A DNA stretch of 63,024 nucleotides, counting the filler. It is 8 parts of 8 records of this genome, joined end to end, with 100 filler letters (N's around TTAATTAATTAA, not from the genome) between each part and the next. Parts side by side here need not be neighbours in the genome. Positions count along the whole stretch, not along the records: positions 1 to 14,211 come from SRR2962707_5226; 7 more parts are not named here. The stretch is one strand, 5' to 3'. Shown piece after piece: positions 1-8,150 of the stretch; position 1 is the stretch's first letter, and every line of letters begins with the position of its first letter. Below the pieces are notes generated by a model that was given only the letters and a program-made list of their open reading frames with translations, made no database searches and was not told where the DNA came from. Made by a program: the position numbers and the translations under genes.

Positions 1-643
1 CTGCAGGCGGCAATAGGCGAAATCGGCGGTTAGCGCGCGGGCCGGGCTTTGCGCGGTGTCGGTAATCACTCGTGCCACATTGTGGCGGGCCAGCAGATCA
101 TTGACGGCGGGGTCGTCAAAGCTGGCGTGGCGCAGCTCGATGGCGTGGCGCAGTTGCCCCACATTGGTCGCGTCAAGGTAGGGCGCATGCTTGATCCGCT
201 CATCAGCCTTTTTGGCAAGCGCGATATAGTCAGGGATGGTGTGGGGCAGCATGGACAGGAAATTGTCCAGCACCTGGGCATCAAAGCTCAGATTGGGGGG
301 CAATTGCCAGATGAAGGGCCCCAGCTTGTCCCCCATGGCCAGCGGGCCGGACGCCAGGAAATTGGCTAGCTCGATCTCGCAGTTTTTGAGCCGCCTGATG
401 TGGGTGACCAGTTGCGGGCCCTTGAGCGAAAACACGAACCCCTCGCGGGTCTGCTCGGCCCATTTGGCAAAGCTGGCCGGTTTCTGGTTGCCGCGGAAGG
501 TGGCGTTGATCTCGATGCTGCCCAGGCGCGAACTGGCATAGGCCAGCTCGTTTTTCTGCACCAGGCCATCGGGATAGAAGGTGCCGCGCCAGGGTGAACA
601 CCCAGCCTGCCGTTCCGGTGCGTGCGATGCCTGTCCTGCTCAT
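1..643 (-). pseudogene. DUF72 family protein, frameshifted near 595, 3' end truncated by contig edge
   Basis: ATG at 643 gives MSRTGIARTGTAGWVF. The DUF72-like body (PWRGTFYPDGL...SIEINATF...KGPQLVTHIRRL...QLPPN...TADFAYCRLQ) continues in a different frame from 594 to base 1. That frame has an upstream stop at 642-640 and no start codon. Confidence 0.75.
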
Positions 644-680
644 GGGTCACCCTCTTGAATTGGCTCAGGCGCCATAGTGG

Positions 681-1538
681 CTAGTCCTGCGCCTTTCTCA
701 AGGCATATTGGCCCAGCAAGATGCTGGCCAGCACGATGATCATGCCCAGTGCCTGGGGCAGGCTGAGCATTTCGTTGAGGATCCACCAGCCCAAAACTGT
801 GGCGCTGAGCGGGCTGAAAAACCCCAGCAATGACACCGCGCTTGGGTGCAGCCGCGCAATGCCGCGGATCCAGATCAGATAGGTCAGGGCGGCGCCGATC
901 AGCCCCAGATAGGCCAGTCCCATCAGATTGGTCGGGCTGATGGTACCCCAGTCGGTGCTGGCCAGCGGCAGGAAAGGCAGCAGCAGCAGGCCGCCGGCGG
1001 TCAATTGCCAGGCGGTAAAGGTCAGGGTGGATACCGGTGGCTTCCATTTGCGGCTGAGCACGGTGCCCAAGGCCATGGACGCCGAACCGAGCAGGCCGGC
1101 GGCGACGCCGACCATGTCGAGCCGGGCGGCTGGCGTCAGGATGAGCAGGGCGACGCCGCCAATGCCGATGGTGACGGCAATGACCGATAGCGCCCGGATG
1201 GGGGTGCCGAGCAAAACGCGGGCGGCAAAGATCACGATGAAGGGCTGCAGCGCGCCCATAACGGCTGCAACGCCACCGGGCAGGCGATAGGCCGCCACAA
1301 ACAGCAGGCTCCAGAACAGGGCAAAGTTGAGTGCGCCCAGCACCAGCATGCGCCCGATCCAGCGACCTTGGGGCAGGTCCCGCACTATGAGCAAGAGCAG
1401 CAGGCCCGCGGGCAGGGCGCGCAGTACCGCAATTGTCAGCGGGTCCAGATTGGGCAGCATCTGGGTGGTGACAATATAGGTGCTGCCCCAGATCAGGGGC
1501 GCGGCTGCGGTCAGGGCGATATCGGCGAAGCGGGCCAT
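681..1538 (-). CDS. pecM: EamA/DMT family transporter (PecM-like)
   Basis: APLIWGSTY, RALPAG, AAYRLPGGVAA and about 10 hydrophobic segments. Divergent from a MarR gene. Likely start is ATG 1538 (MARFAD). Confidence 0.85.
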   Translation of the reverse strand: MARFADIALTAAAPLIWGSTYIVTTQMLPNLDPLTIAVLRALPAGLLLLLIVRDLPQGRWIGRMLVLGALNFALFWSLLFVAAYRLPGGVAAVMGALQPFIVIFAARVLLGTPIRALSVIAVTIGIGGVALLILTPAARLDMVGVAAGLLGSASMALGTVLSRKWKPPVSTLTFTAWQLTAGGLLLLPFLPLASTDWGTISPTNLMGLAYLGLIGAALTYLIWIRGIARLHPSAVSLLGFFSPLSATVLGWWILNEMLSLPQALGMIIVLASILLGQYALRKAQD

Positions 1539-1550
1539 GGTACATCCATT

Positions 1551-1594
1551 TATCTTGACCTCAAGATACATGGATTAATCTTGACATCAAGATA
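1551..1594. promoter_or_regulatory. Two palindromic MarR/PecS-type operators
   Basis: TATCTTGACCTCAAGATA at 1551-1568 and AATCTTGACATCAAGATA at 1577-1594. Both are ATCTTGA-N2-TCAAGAT and lie in the divergent intergenic gap. Confidence 0.8.
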
Positions 1595-1615
1595 AATTCG
1601 GGATGGCATGTAGGC

Positions 1616-2095
1616 ATGGATGATGTCGACAAAATCAGGGCGCAATGGGCCCGCCAATGCCCCGATCTGGATACCGCGCCCATGGGGCTGATCGGCCGTC
1701 TGGCTCGGGTATCGCAGCATATGTCACAGGCCATGGCGGCCAATTTTGCCGCTCACGGTTTGAGTAGTGCGGGTTTTGATGTGCTGGCGACGCTGCTGCG
1801 GTCCGGACCGCCCCACGCGCTGTCGCCGGGGCAGTTACTCGCCACCATGATGGTGACATCAGGCACGATGACCAATCGTATTGATCAGCTGGAAAAGGAC
1901 GGTCTGGTCGCCCGCCAGCGCAGCCTCGCCGACAAGCGCAGCTATGCTATTGGCCTGACCGAGAGCGGTCGCGCAGCCGTCGAGGGCGTGTTGGCGGACC
2001 ATGTCAAACTGCAGGCTGATCTGGTGGCGATATTGCCCGAGGACGAGCGGGCGCAACTGGACGGTTTGTTGCGCAGCTATCTGGCGCGCATTTGA
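1616..2095 (+). CDS. pecS: MarR family transcriptional regulator (PecS-like)
   Basis: N-terminal DDVDKIRAQW..CPDLD, FDVLATL, SGTMTNRIDQLE, DKRS wing motif. Confidence 0.85.
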   Translation: MDDVDKIRAQWARQCPDLDTAPMGLIGRLARVSQHMSQAMAANFAAHGLSSAGFDVLATLLRSGPPHALSPGQLLATMMVTSGTMTNRIDQLEKDGLVARQRSLADKRSYAIGLTESGRAAVEGVLADHVKLQADLVAILPEDERAQLDGLLRSYLARI

Positions 2096-2111
2096 GGGCA
2101 GGGGCCGCCAG

Positions 2112-2137
2112 AAAAAAGGGCTGGCCGAAGCCAGCCC
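2112..2137 (-). terminator. Rho-independent terminator of the porin gene
   Basis: Minus strand reads GGGCTGGC-TTCG-GCCAGCCC-TTTTTT, between convergent genes. Confidence 0.85.
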
Positions 2138-2178
2138 ATAGTTGGGTGTTGTGTTGACCCGATTTGGTCGGGCACTGA

Positions 2179-2856
2179 CTAGAACTTGTAGTTCACACCT
2201 GCACGGACGACACCGAAGCGCTGGGTGATGTCCTGATTGCCGATGGGCAGGCCGTTATAGGTCTGGGTGCCCAGATCGACGTAGAGATACTCGGCCTTGA
2301 CGGTGATCTTGTCGGTGGCCTGAGCTTCCAGGCCGACGCCCAGCGTCCAGCCGACATGGGTGGCGGATTGCGAGGTCACCACATTGGCCGGATCGGTCAG
2401 GCTGGCGCTGCCCCGGCCGGCTGCGATACCGCCGGTGACATAGGGCAGCACGGTGCCAAAGCTCATGCCGGCACGGCCGCGCACGGTGCCATAGAAATCC
2501 ACACCCGATTTGAACTTGCCGGTGGCGCCCAGATCTTCTTCATAGCCGATGGAGGCGAACTGCAGGTCGCCTTCGGCGCCCAGCACGAAGCCGCCCATAT
2601 CCATATTGTAGCCAGCCTGACCGCCCAGCTGCCAGCCGCCGGTATTGCGTTCGGTGGTAGCGCCACCAGCCACGTTCTGACGCGCGCCGGTGCCCCAGCC
2701 ATAGCCAGCGTTCAAGCCAGCGTAAAAGCCGTCCCAGCCCGAGGCAGGGGAGGGGGAATACAGGGGGCTGGTGCCGCTGTTCCAGCTCAGATCAGCGGCG
2801 TGCGCTGCGGGGGCGAACAGCATCAGGGCAGCAATGGAAAGAGCCTGGCGCTTCAT
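2179..2856 (-). CDS. Omp25/RopB-type outer membrane beta-barrel protein
   Basis: Signal peptide ending AHA-ADL, WDGFYAGLNAGYG, GTVRGRAG, KAEYLYVDLG, terminal VRAGVNYKF. Confidence 0.9.
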   Translation of the reverse strand: MKRQALSIAALMLFAPAAHAADLSWNSGTSPLYSPSPASGWDGFYAGLNAGYGWGTGARQNVAGGATTERNTGGWQLGGQAGYNMDMGGFVLGAEGDLQFASIGYEEDLGATGKFKSGVDFYGTVRGRAGMSFGTVLPYVTGGIAAGRGSASLTDPANVVTSQSATHVGWTLGVGLEAQATDKITVKAEYLYVDLGTQTYNGLPIGNQDITQRFGVVRAGVNYKF

Positions 2857-3054
2857 GGAAGACCTCGTCGGAAATCGCGTGATGAAATTTCCGCTAAAAT
2901 GCGACGTGATCCATTAACGTTCAGGTAAGGAACACGGTTAACGCCACAGCGCCAAAGCATGGCTGCGATCACATTTATGCGCGCCGCGCAGAGCTGACGC
3001 AAAACCGGCGACGTGACCCATCAACGGCCGGGCATCTCAGAAAAAGGGGGAGAA

Positions 3055-3076
3055 TGGTGCCCTCCGCCGGACTCGA
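3055..3076 (-). other. 3' fragment of a tRNA (probably tRNA-Leu), att site of the genomic island
   Basis: Minus strand TCGAGTCCGGCGGAGGGCACCA is a T-loop, T-stem, acceptor strand and CCA. The rest of the tRNA is absent and an integrase follows. Confidence 0.7.
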
Positions 3077-3156
3077 TCTCGGAACTCGCGGAACTATTAA
3101 ACCGTTGTTATTCAATAACAAAATTTGGCATAAGATTTTGATATCGACTAGGTGGG

Positions 3157-3191
3157 AAAAACGTGCCACAAAATACGCCACAAAACGTGCC
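3157..3191 (+). repeat. Short direct repeats, candidate integrase arm-type sites
   Basis: GCCACAAAA twice with a 12-bp period and AAAACGTGCC twice, between att and the integrase start. Confidence 0.5.
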
Positions 3192-3203
3192 CCAAGGACG
3201 TCA

Positions 3204-4580
3204 ATGGCTAGGTCAAGGCAAAGTGCTGAGGCTGATCGATATCTGGTCAGCAAAGGTCCGTGGTTTCACTACAAGAGGAGGGTTCCACAGTCAGTGTTAG
3301 CCCTTATGGGTGGCAGCCCTCACGTTCGCAAAAGCCTCAAAACCAAAGACCTGGCCATTGCACGTTTTAAGCGAGACGAACTTGAGGAGGCTGACGATCG
3401 TCTCTGGCAGGCGCTGGTAACGGGGCAGCGGCCAGCCGATGCCCGTCAAGCCTATGATTCCGTCGTGGCGACGGCGTTGGCATTGCGCTTCCCTTATCGC
3501 CAAGCCGGACAGGTTGCCGAGTTGCCGATCGACGAAATTGTCGCTCGGATTGCGGCAGTTCCGACATGTGGAAAAACAAGACCGGTGGCCGATGCTGCGC
3601 TCGGTCTGCTCAAGCCTCCCGAAGTCCTTGTGAGTGAGGCATTCGAGATCTATTTCGACGAAATTGCCACTGACGAACAGCGCAGTAAGAGCGCTCAGCA
3701 GCGTGCTGACTGGCGGAAGGTTAAGACCCGCGCGCGAAACAATTTCATAAAGGCCATCGGCGACGTACCGATCTCAAGCATCACTCGTGAACAGGCGTTG
3801 CAATTCTATCACCTATGGCGCCGACGCATCGCCCCCAATGATCGGGAAATATCTGAGGGGGCTTTGGTCACGCATGCTCCTGCGAGTGGCAACCGCGATA
3901 TTGGAAATATGCGTGTGTTGTTTTCGGCTTATCATAGGCATATCGGCGAGATGGACCGCTTCAATCCGTTCTCGGGTCTGGGATTTGACGAGGACGATGA
4001 GCGCACACGACCGCCGTTTGACGTGGCGTGGATCCGCGACAATATCTTGGCGCCCGGTGCACTGTCGGATCTGAATATCGAGGCTCGTCGGATTTTCCTG
4101 ACCCTTGTCGAGACCGGTGCCCGCGCGAGCGAAATCTGCAACTTGAGGCCAGAGCAGATAATGCTCGACCATCCTGTTCCTCACCTTGTGATCAGTCCGC
4201 GGCGGGATCGTGATGATCCACGCGAGATTAAGACTGCCAACTCAATGCGCCAGGTGCCACTCGTCGGCGTGTCGCTGGCTGCGATGCGAGCTAGTCCAGA
4301 GGGTTTTCCTCGCTATGCTGAAAGGGGTACGGCCTTGTCTGCAGTGCTGATGAAGCACTTCCGCGCGCGCAAACTGCTACCCTCCAAGGCGCACACAATC
4401 TACTCCATCCGCCATGCGTTTGAGGACCGGATGAAAGAAGCCGGCATTGACGAAGAATTGCGTAGGATTCTGATGGGGCATGCTATCGATCGACCTCGTT
4501 ATGGTGTCGGTGGCAGCTTGAGTTGGCGGTTGGAAAATCTGACGCGGATCGCGTTACCGTTTGACAGCGCCATTGTGTAA
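3204..4580 (+). CDS. Tyrosine recombinase/integrase with DUF6538-like N-terminus
   Basis: YKRRVP...RKSLKTKD N-terminal domain. Catalytic TGARASEI, IKT, YSIRH, MGH, RY. AAGGA precedes ATG 3204. Confidence 0.9.
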   Translation: MARSRQSAEADRYLVSKGPWFHYKRRVPQSVLALMGGSPHVRKSLKTKDLAIARFKRDELEEADDRLWQALVTGQRPADARQAYDSVVATALALRFPYRQAGQVAELPIDEIVARIAAVPTCGKTRPVADAALGLLKPPEVLVSEAFEIYFDEIATDEQRSKSAQQRADWRKVKTRARNNFIKAIGDVPISSITREQALQFYHLWRRRIAPNDREISEGALVTHAPASGNRDIGNMRVLFSAYHRHIGEMDRFNPFSGLGFDEDDERTRPPFDVAWIRDNILAPGALSDLNIEARRIFLTLVETGARASEICNLRPEQIMLDHPVPHLVISPRRDRDDPREIKTANSMRQVPLVGVSLAAMRASPEGFPRYAERGTALSAVLMKHFRARKLLPSKAHTIYSIRHAFEDRMKEAGIDEELRRILMGHAIDRPRYGVGGSLSWRLENLTRIALPFDSAIV

Positions 4581-4910
4581 TTCCTGTCGACACCGCGAAA
4601 TTTGGTAATGGCAAGATCGGGGCCGATTGCGGACTGACGACTTTTGGTGAGGAGTGGTCGGAAGCAGACACCCGATCGCGGAGGGCTTAATAGCGTTTCA
4701 CGGGCCGAAATCGGTCTTTCCGCTTCTGGGACCTGAACCCAGATAGATGGCGTTCTAACTATATCCGCCAGAGGCAGCTTCCGACCCATACCTTGGCCTT
4801 ACCTCTTGTCAAATCGAACGACTTCTGTAGATGGCCCCGGCATTAACCCGCGGAACTATGCCCCAGCACCAGCGTTGCCTCTTAAAGGCATATGTTTTAG
4901 GGGGACACCG

Positions 4911-6062
4911 ATGGCAGATTTTTCTCAGCGTCTGCGTGAGCCGATGGTTCTGGCGCTACTTGTGGCAGCAGCTATTGGCTGGGTGGCCTTTCTGGCCATG
5001 TGGTTCAACTCCGCCACTCAATACGGCTCCCAGCAGGAAACCGTTGCGATGCTGATGACCGAGCGCGATGTTTCGCAGGCCCAGCTTGCCGAAATCACCG
5101 CCACCTCCGGCACCCTTGAAGAACTTCGGGGTCAAGTGAGCAGCAGTCGGGCGGAACTGGACGCCACCATCCAGGCACTCGAAACCGCGCGCGCCGACCT
5201 TTCGTCCCGCAACGACGAATTGGTGGCCTTGGACCTGCAGCTGGAAGCTAAACAGGCAGATGCAAAAGAACTGGATACGCACGTCGCCAGTGCAACACGG
5301 GCGGTCAGCGATCTTGACGCGGGTCGCGAGCAGCTAGAGACCGAGATCAATCAGGCGCAGAGCCAGTTGACTGACATCGGAGCCCGTGTCGAAGAGGCCA
5401 GAGCGCTCGAGGCCACGACCACCACTAACGTCGCTCAGTACACCAAGGAAGCCGCGGCTTCTGCGGTTAGCCTGTCCCGCACCCAGACGCAGCTCCAAGA
5501 TACCCAGGAGAAGTTGACGGCGGCACAAACACAGATGGCCGACCTTGCTGGTCAGACCGAAGCTGCCCAATCTGCGTTGGCACAACTTCAGCAGCAAACC
5601 GCGGACCTCGAGAGTCGTCGCGACCAACTCTCGGGTGAACTGCAAAGCTACCAAAGCCAGCGCGATGAGCTGCAGCCGCAGGTCGAACAATTGACAAGCA
5701 CCCTTGCCGATCGCAGCCAGGAACTGGCTAATGTCGAGGCGCAGCTCGCCGACTCCCTCGCCTCCTCAGACGCCGCCAGTACACTGGGCCAGTTTATCGT
5801 CTCGGGGGAAGGCAGCGCGCAGGGTCTGACCTTAACTTTGAATGAGGACGCCGGTTTCACTATGACAAGCCGAGATGGGCGCTCTGTCTCAGGGAGTTAT
5901 ATTCTGGCTGACCAGGAGCTTCGACTGACCGACGCCAATGGCGATCTTGGAAACGCGAGCTTTCCGATGGCTTGCTCTATTTCGCGAACGCCATTGGGGT
6001 TTACTGTTGGGTCTACGAACGGCTGCGCTATCTCGGGCCTGACCTTCGAACAAAATAAATAG
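4911..6062 (+). CDS. Membrane-anchored long coiled-coil hypothetical protein
   Basis: One N-terminal TM helix, a long Q/E/L/A heptad region, and a small beta-rich C-terminal domain with two Cys. GGGGAC precedes ATG 4911. Confidence 0.7.
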   Translation: MADFSQRLREPMVLALLVAAAIGWVAFLAMWFNSATQYGSQQETVAMLMTERDVSQAQLAEITATSGTLEELRGQVSSSRAELDATIQALETARADLSSRNDELVALDLQLEAKQADAKELDTHVASATRAVSDLDAGREQLETEINQAQSQLTDIGARVEEARALEATTTTNVAQYTKEAAASAVSLSRTQTQLQDTQEKLTAAQTQMADLAGQTEAAQSALAQLQQQTADLESRRDQLSGELQSYQSQRDELQPQVEQLTSTLADRSQELANVEAQLADSLASSDAASTLGQFIVSGEGSAQGLTLTLNEDAGFTMTSRDGRSVSGSYILADQELRLTDANGDLGNASFPMACSISRTPLGFTVGSTNGCAISGLTFEQNK

Positions 6063-6331
6063 AATGGCACCTGTCATGAGAACGAATGCGCCGCCCAAAA
6101 GCCGCGCATTTTTTATGTCCGCATCTGCCCAAACCTCCGCGGCTCGGGGCGGTGGGACGTCTCGTGAGGCCACTCGTTGGATGCAGGCAGCTATGGTCGG
6201 TTGCTGCCCTTCCGGCGCCCCAATTAGTTCTGCGGCCGAGCTACCTCGCTAATGCTCGACAATGTGGGTCAGCTAGACCGGAGCCAGGAAAATGCCCAAC
6301 GGAGCCAGAATCCTCAATTTTTCACTATGTG

Positions 6332-6724
6332 ATGGCCATGACACAAGATAGTACTCGCAAACCCTTTGCCGACCGCTGGATGTCAAATGGAGAGCTTCAG
6401 AGAATTGCCTCGTATCTAGACCGCGGGCGAAAATTTGAGGACCTGCTAAGCGATGATTTGGCGTCCGAGCTAGTCTTGGCATATGAAAGATGGCAGCGCG
6501 TTGATTTTGATTTCTTCAGCGCCGAGCATATCAACACAGATGACATTTCCGCGGAGTACGCTTTGCGAGAGATTGACCCGCCATTTGAACTGGTGCGGGA
6601 TCGAATTGATAGCCTAACTTCATCTATGGCTGATACATTATCGGCTAGCTCTGCAACGCAGCGTGAGGAACTTCATAATCGGATGATTTCTGAACTTGAA
6701 AAGCTCTTGCGACAATTAAACTAA
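6332..6724 (+). CDS. Hypothetical protein
   Basis: 3' part of ORF 6086-6724 has protein-like composition (YLDRGRKF..LS..L...W). Start uncertain. Confidence 0.55.
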   Translation: MAMTQDSTRKPFADRWMSNGELQRIASYLDRGRKFEDLLSDDLASELVLAYERWQRVDFDFFSAEHINTDDISAEYALREIDPPFELVRDRIDSLTSSMADTLSASSATQREELHNRMISELEKLLRQLN

Positions 6725-7072
6725 CTAAGCCCGGAACACAATTACTTGGTCGTATGAGGCCTTGAATTTGCCAGTTGCTGTATGGGGACGGGGGACATTA
6801 AACTAGATCGAATATGCTCTTATGCTGTGACTGTGTCGGTATTCGATGGGGCTGAGAGAGAAGCCCAGAAGCTCCCGCACGCCCATCGTGGAGGGCGCTG
6901 CACAGCGGCAGCCGGCCCAACCTGAGCAGAATACGCGGAAAATTGCCCGACTTGACGGTCCGAACTTTGAGACAGGTCACAATAATGTTGGATGGAAGTT
7001 AGGGGAACGTCACGGTGAAGCGGTTAAGTTCCTAACCCGTTATTAAGTGAGCTGACATACATTTACGCTCTG

Positions 7073-8071
7073 ATGCTCAATTCGAGACCGCTGACAGTGC
7101 CCAGTGACATTGATCTATTTAACCTTGACCAGTCTGGATTTGACGCAGCTGCATTATCTCAATCCAGCTTGTCCGATGCCCAGGATATAATGGGCGTTGC
7201 GTTTGATGCGCTGCCATTTCCCCTGTTGTTCCATACCAATCAAGGTATCCTCTATGCCAACACTGAAGCGGGAACACTGTTCCAGCTCGAACCGCCTGCG
7301 CTAGTGGGCAAACACCTACTCGATCATGTAGCGACAGAAGATCAAGTCGCAGTTTCCACGATGCTGCAAACCGGATTATCTCACCCCGAACGCAAGACAT
7401 CGATGGAAGTCTTGCTTGCGGTAGGAGCCAGTGAGCGGCTTTGTCGGATCACTCTGGTTCGTCTACCTTGGGCCGGCAATCCCATTATCCAACTAACAAT
7501 CGTTGACGTGACCGATCAACGTCGTGCTGAAGCGTCATTGCGCCAGCTCACCATAACTGACGAGCTAACCGGCGCCTACAATCGCCGCCACGCCTTCTAC
7601 GAAGGGTCACTTTACACCGAGGCATACAAGAAGGATGACACGCCGTTCACAGTCGCAGCAATAGACATCGACTATTTTAAGAAGGTCAACGACACCTTTG
7701 GACACGCCGCTGGAGATCAAGCGCTAATTAGACTGTCCAGAGTGGCCCATAATTTCCTGCCAACTATACGAACTTCAAATTCATCTATGTTTGCGCGTAT
7801 CGGGGGTGAGGAATTCGTACTGCTTCTTCCAGGCACGCCGCTGACTCCAGCCGCAGCGATTTCCGATCGCTTCAGACGTGTGGTTGAATCAATGCAAATT
7901 GAGAGCGGTGACGTAAAGTTCCAGATCACAGTTTCTGTTGGAGTGAGCACCATGTCGTCGACAGACGACAGCTTTGAAACTCTACTTGCGCGGGCAGACT
8001 CCGCGCTCTACTGCGCCAAGGAAAACGGTCGAAATCGTGTGATGAAATTTGCAGATGAGGATCGGATTTAG
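7073..8071 (+). CDS. PAS-GGDEF diguanylate cyclase
   Basis: DELTGAYNRR, DIDYFKKVNDTFGHAAGD, RIGGEEF, ADSALYCAKENGRN. Confidence 0.93.
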   Translation: MLNSRPLTVPSDIDLFNLDQSGFDAAALSQSSLSDAQDIMGVAFDALPFPLLFHTNQGILYANTEAGTLFQLEPPALVGKHLLDHVATEDQVAVSTMLQTGLSHPERKTSMEVLLAVGASERLCRITLVRLPWAGNPIIQLTIVDVTDQRRAEASLRQLTITDELTGAYNRRHAFYEGSLYTEAYKKDDTPFTVAAIDIDYFKKVNDTFGHAAGDQALIRLSRVAHNFLPTIRTSNSSMFARIGGEEFVLLLPGTPLTPAAAISDRFRRVVESMQIESGDVKFQITVSVGVSTMSSTDDSFETLLARADSALYCAKENGRNRVMKFADEDRI

Positions 8072-8150
8072 ATTCCGTCAACTGATTTTAGTTGCGAATT
8101 TTCAAGATTGCTCGGTTTTAAACCGATGGATATCAATCAAGGCGAATAAA

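Noticed and set aside
640-2928. Overlapping alternative ORFs such as 640-1545 and 2356-2928
   Set aside because: GC-rich shadow frames of the EamA, MarR and porin genes.
3054-3203. N-terminal 50 aa of the 508-aa integrase ORF
   Set aside because: It overlaps the tRNA att fragment and arm repeats; ATG 3204 has an RBS and is the more likely start.
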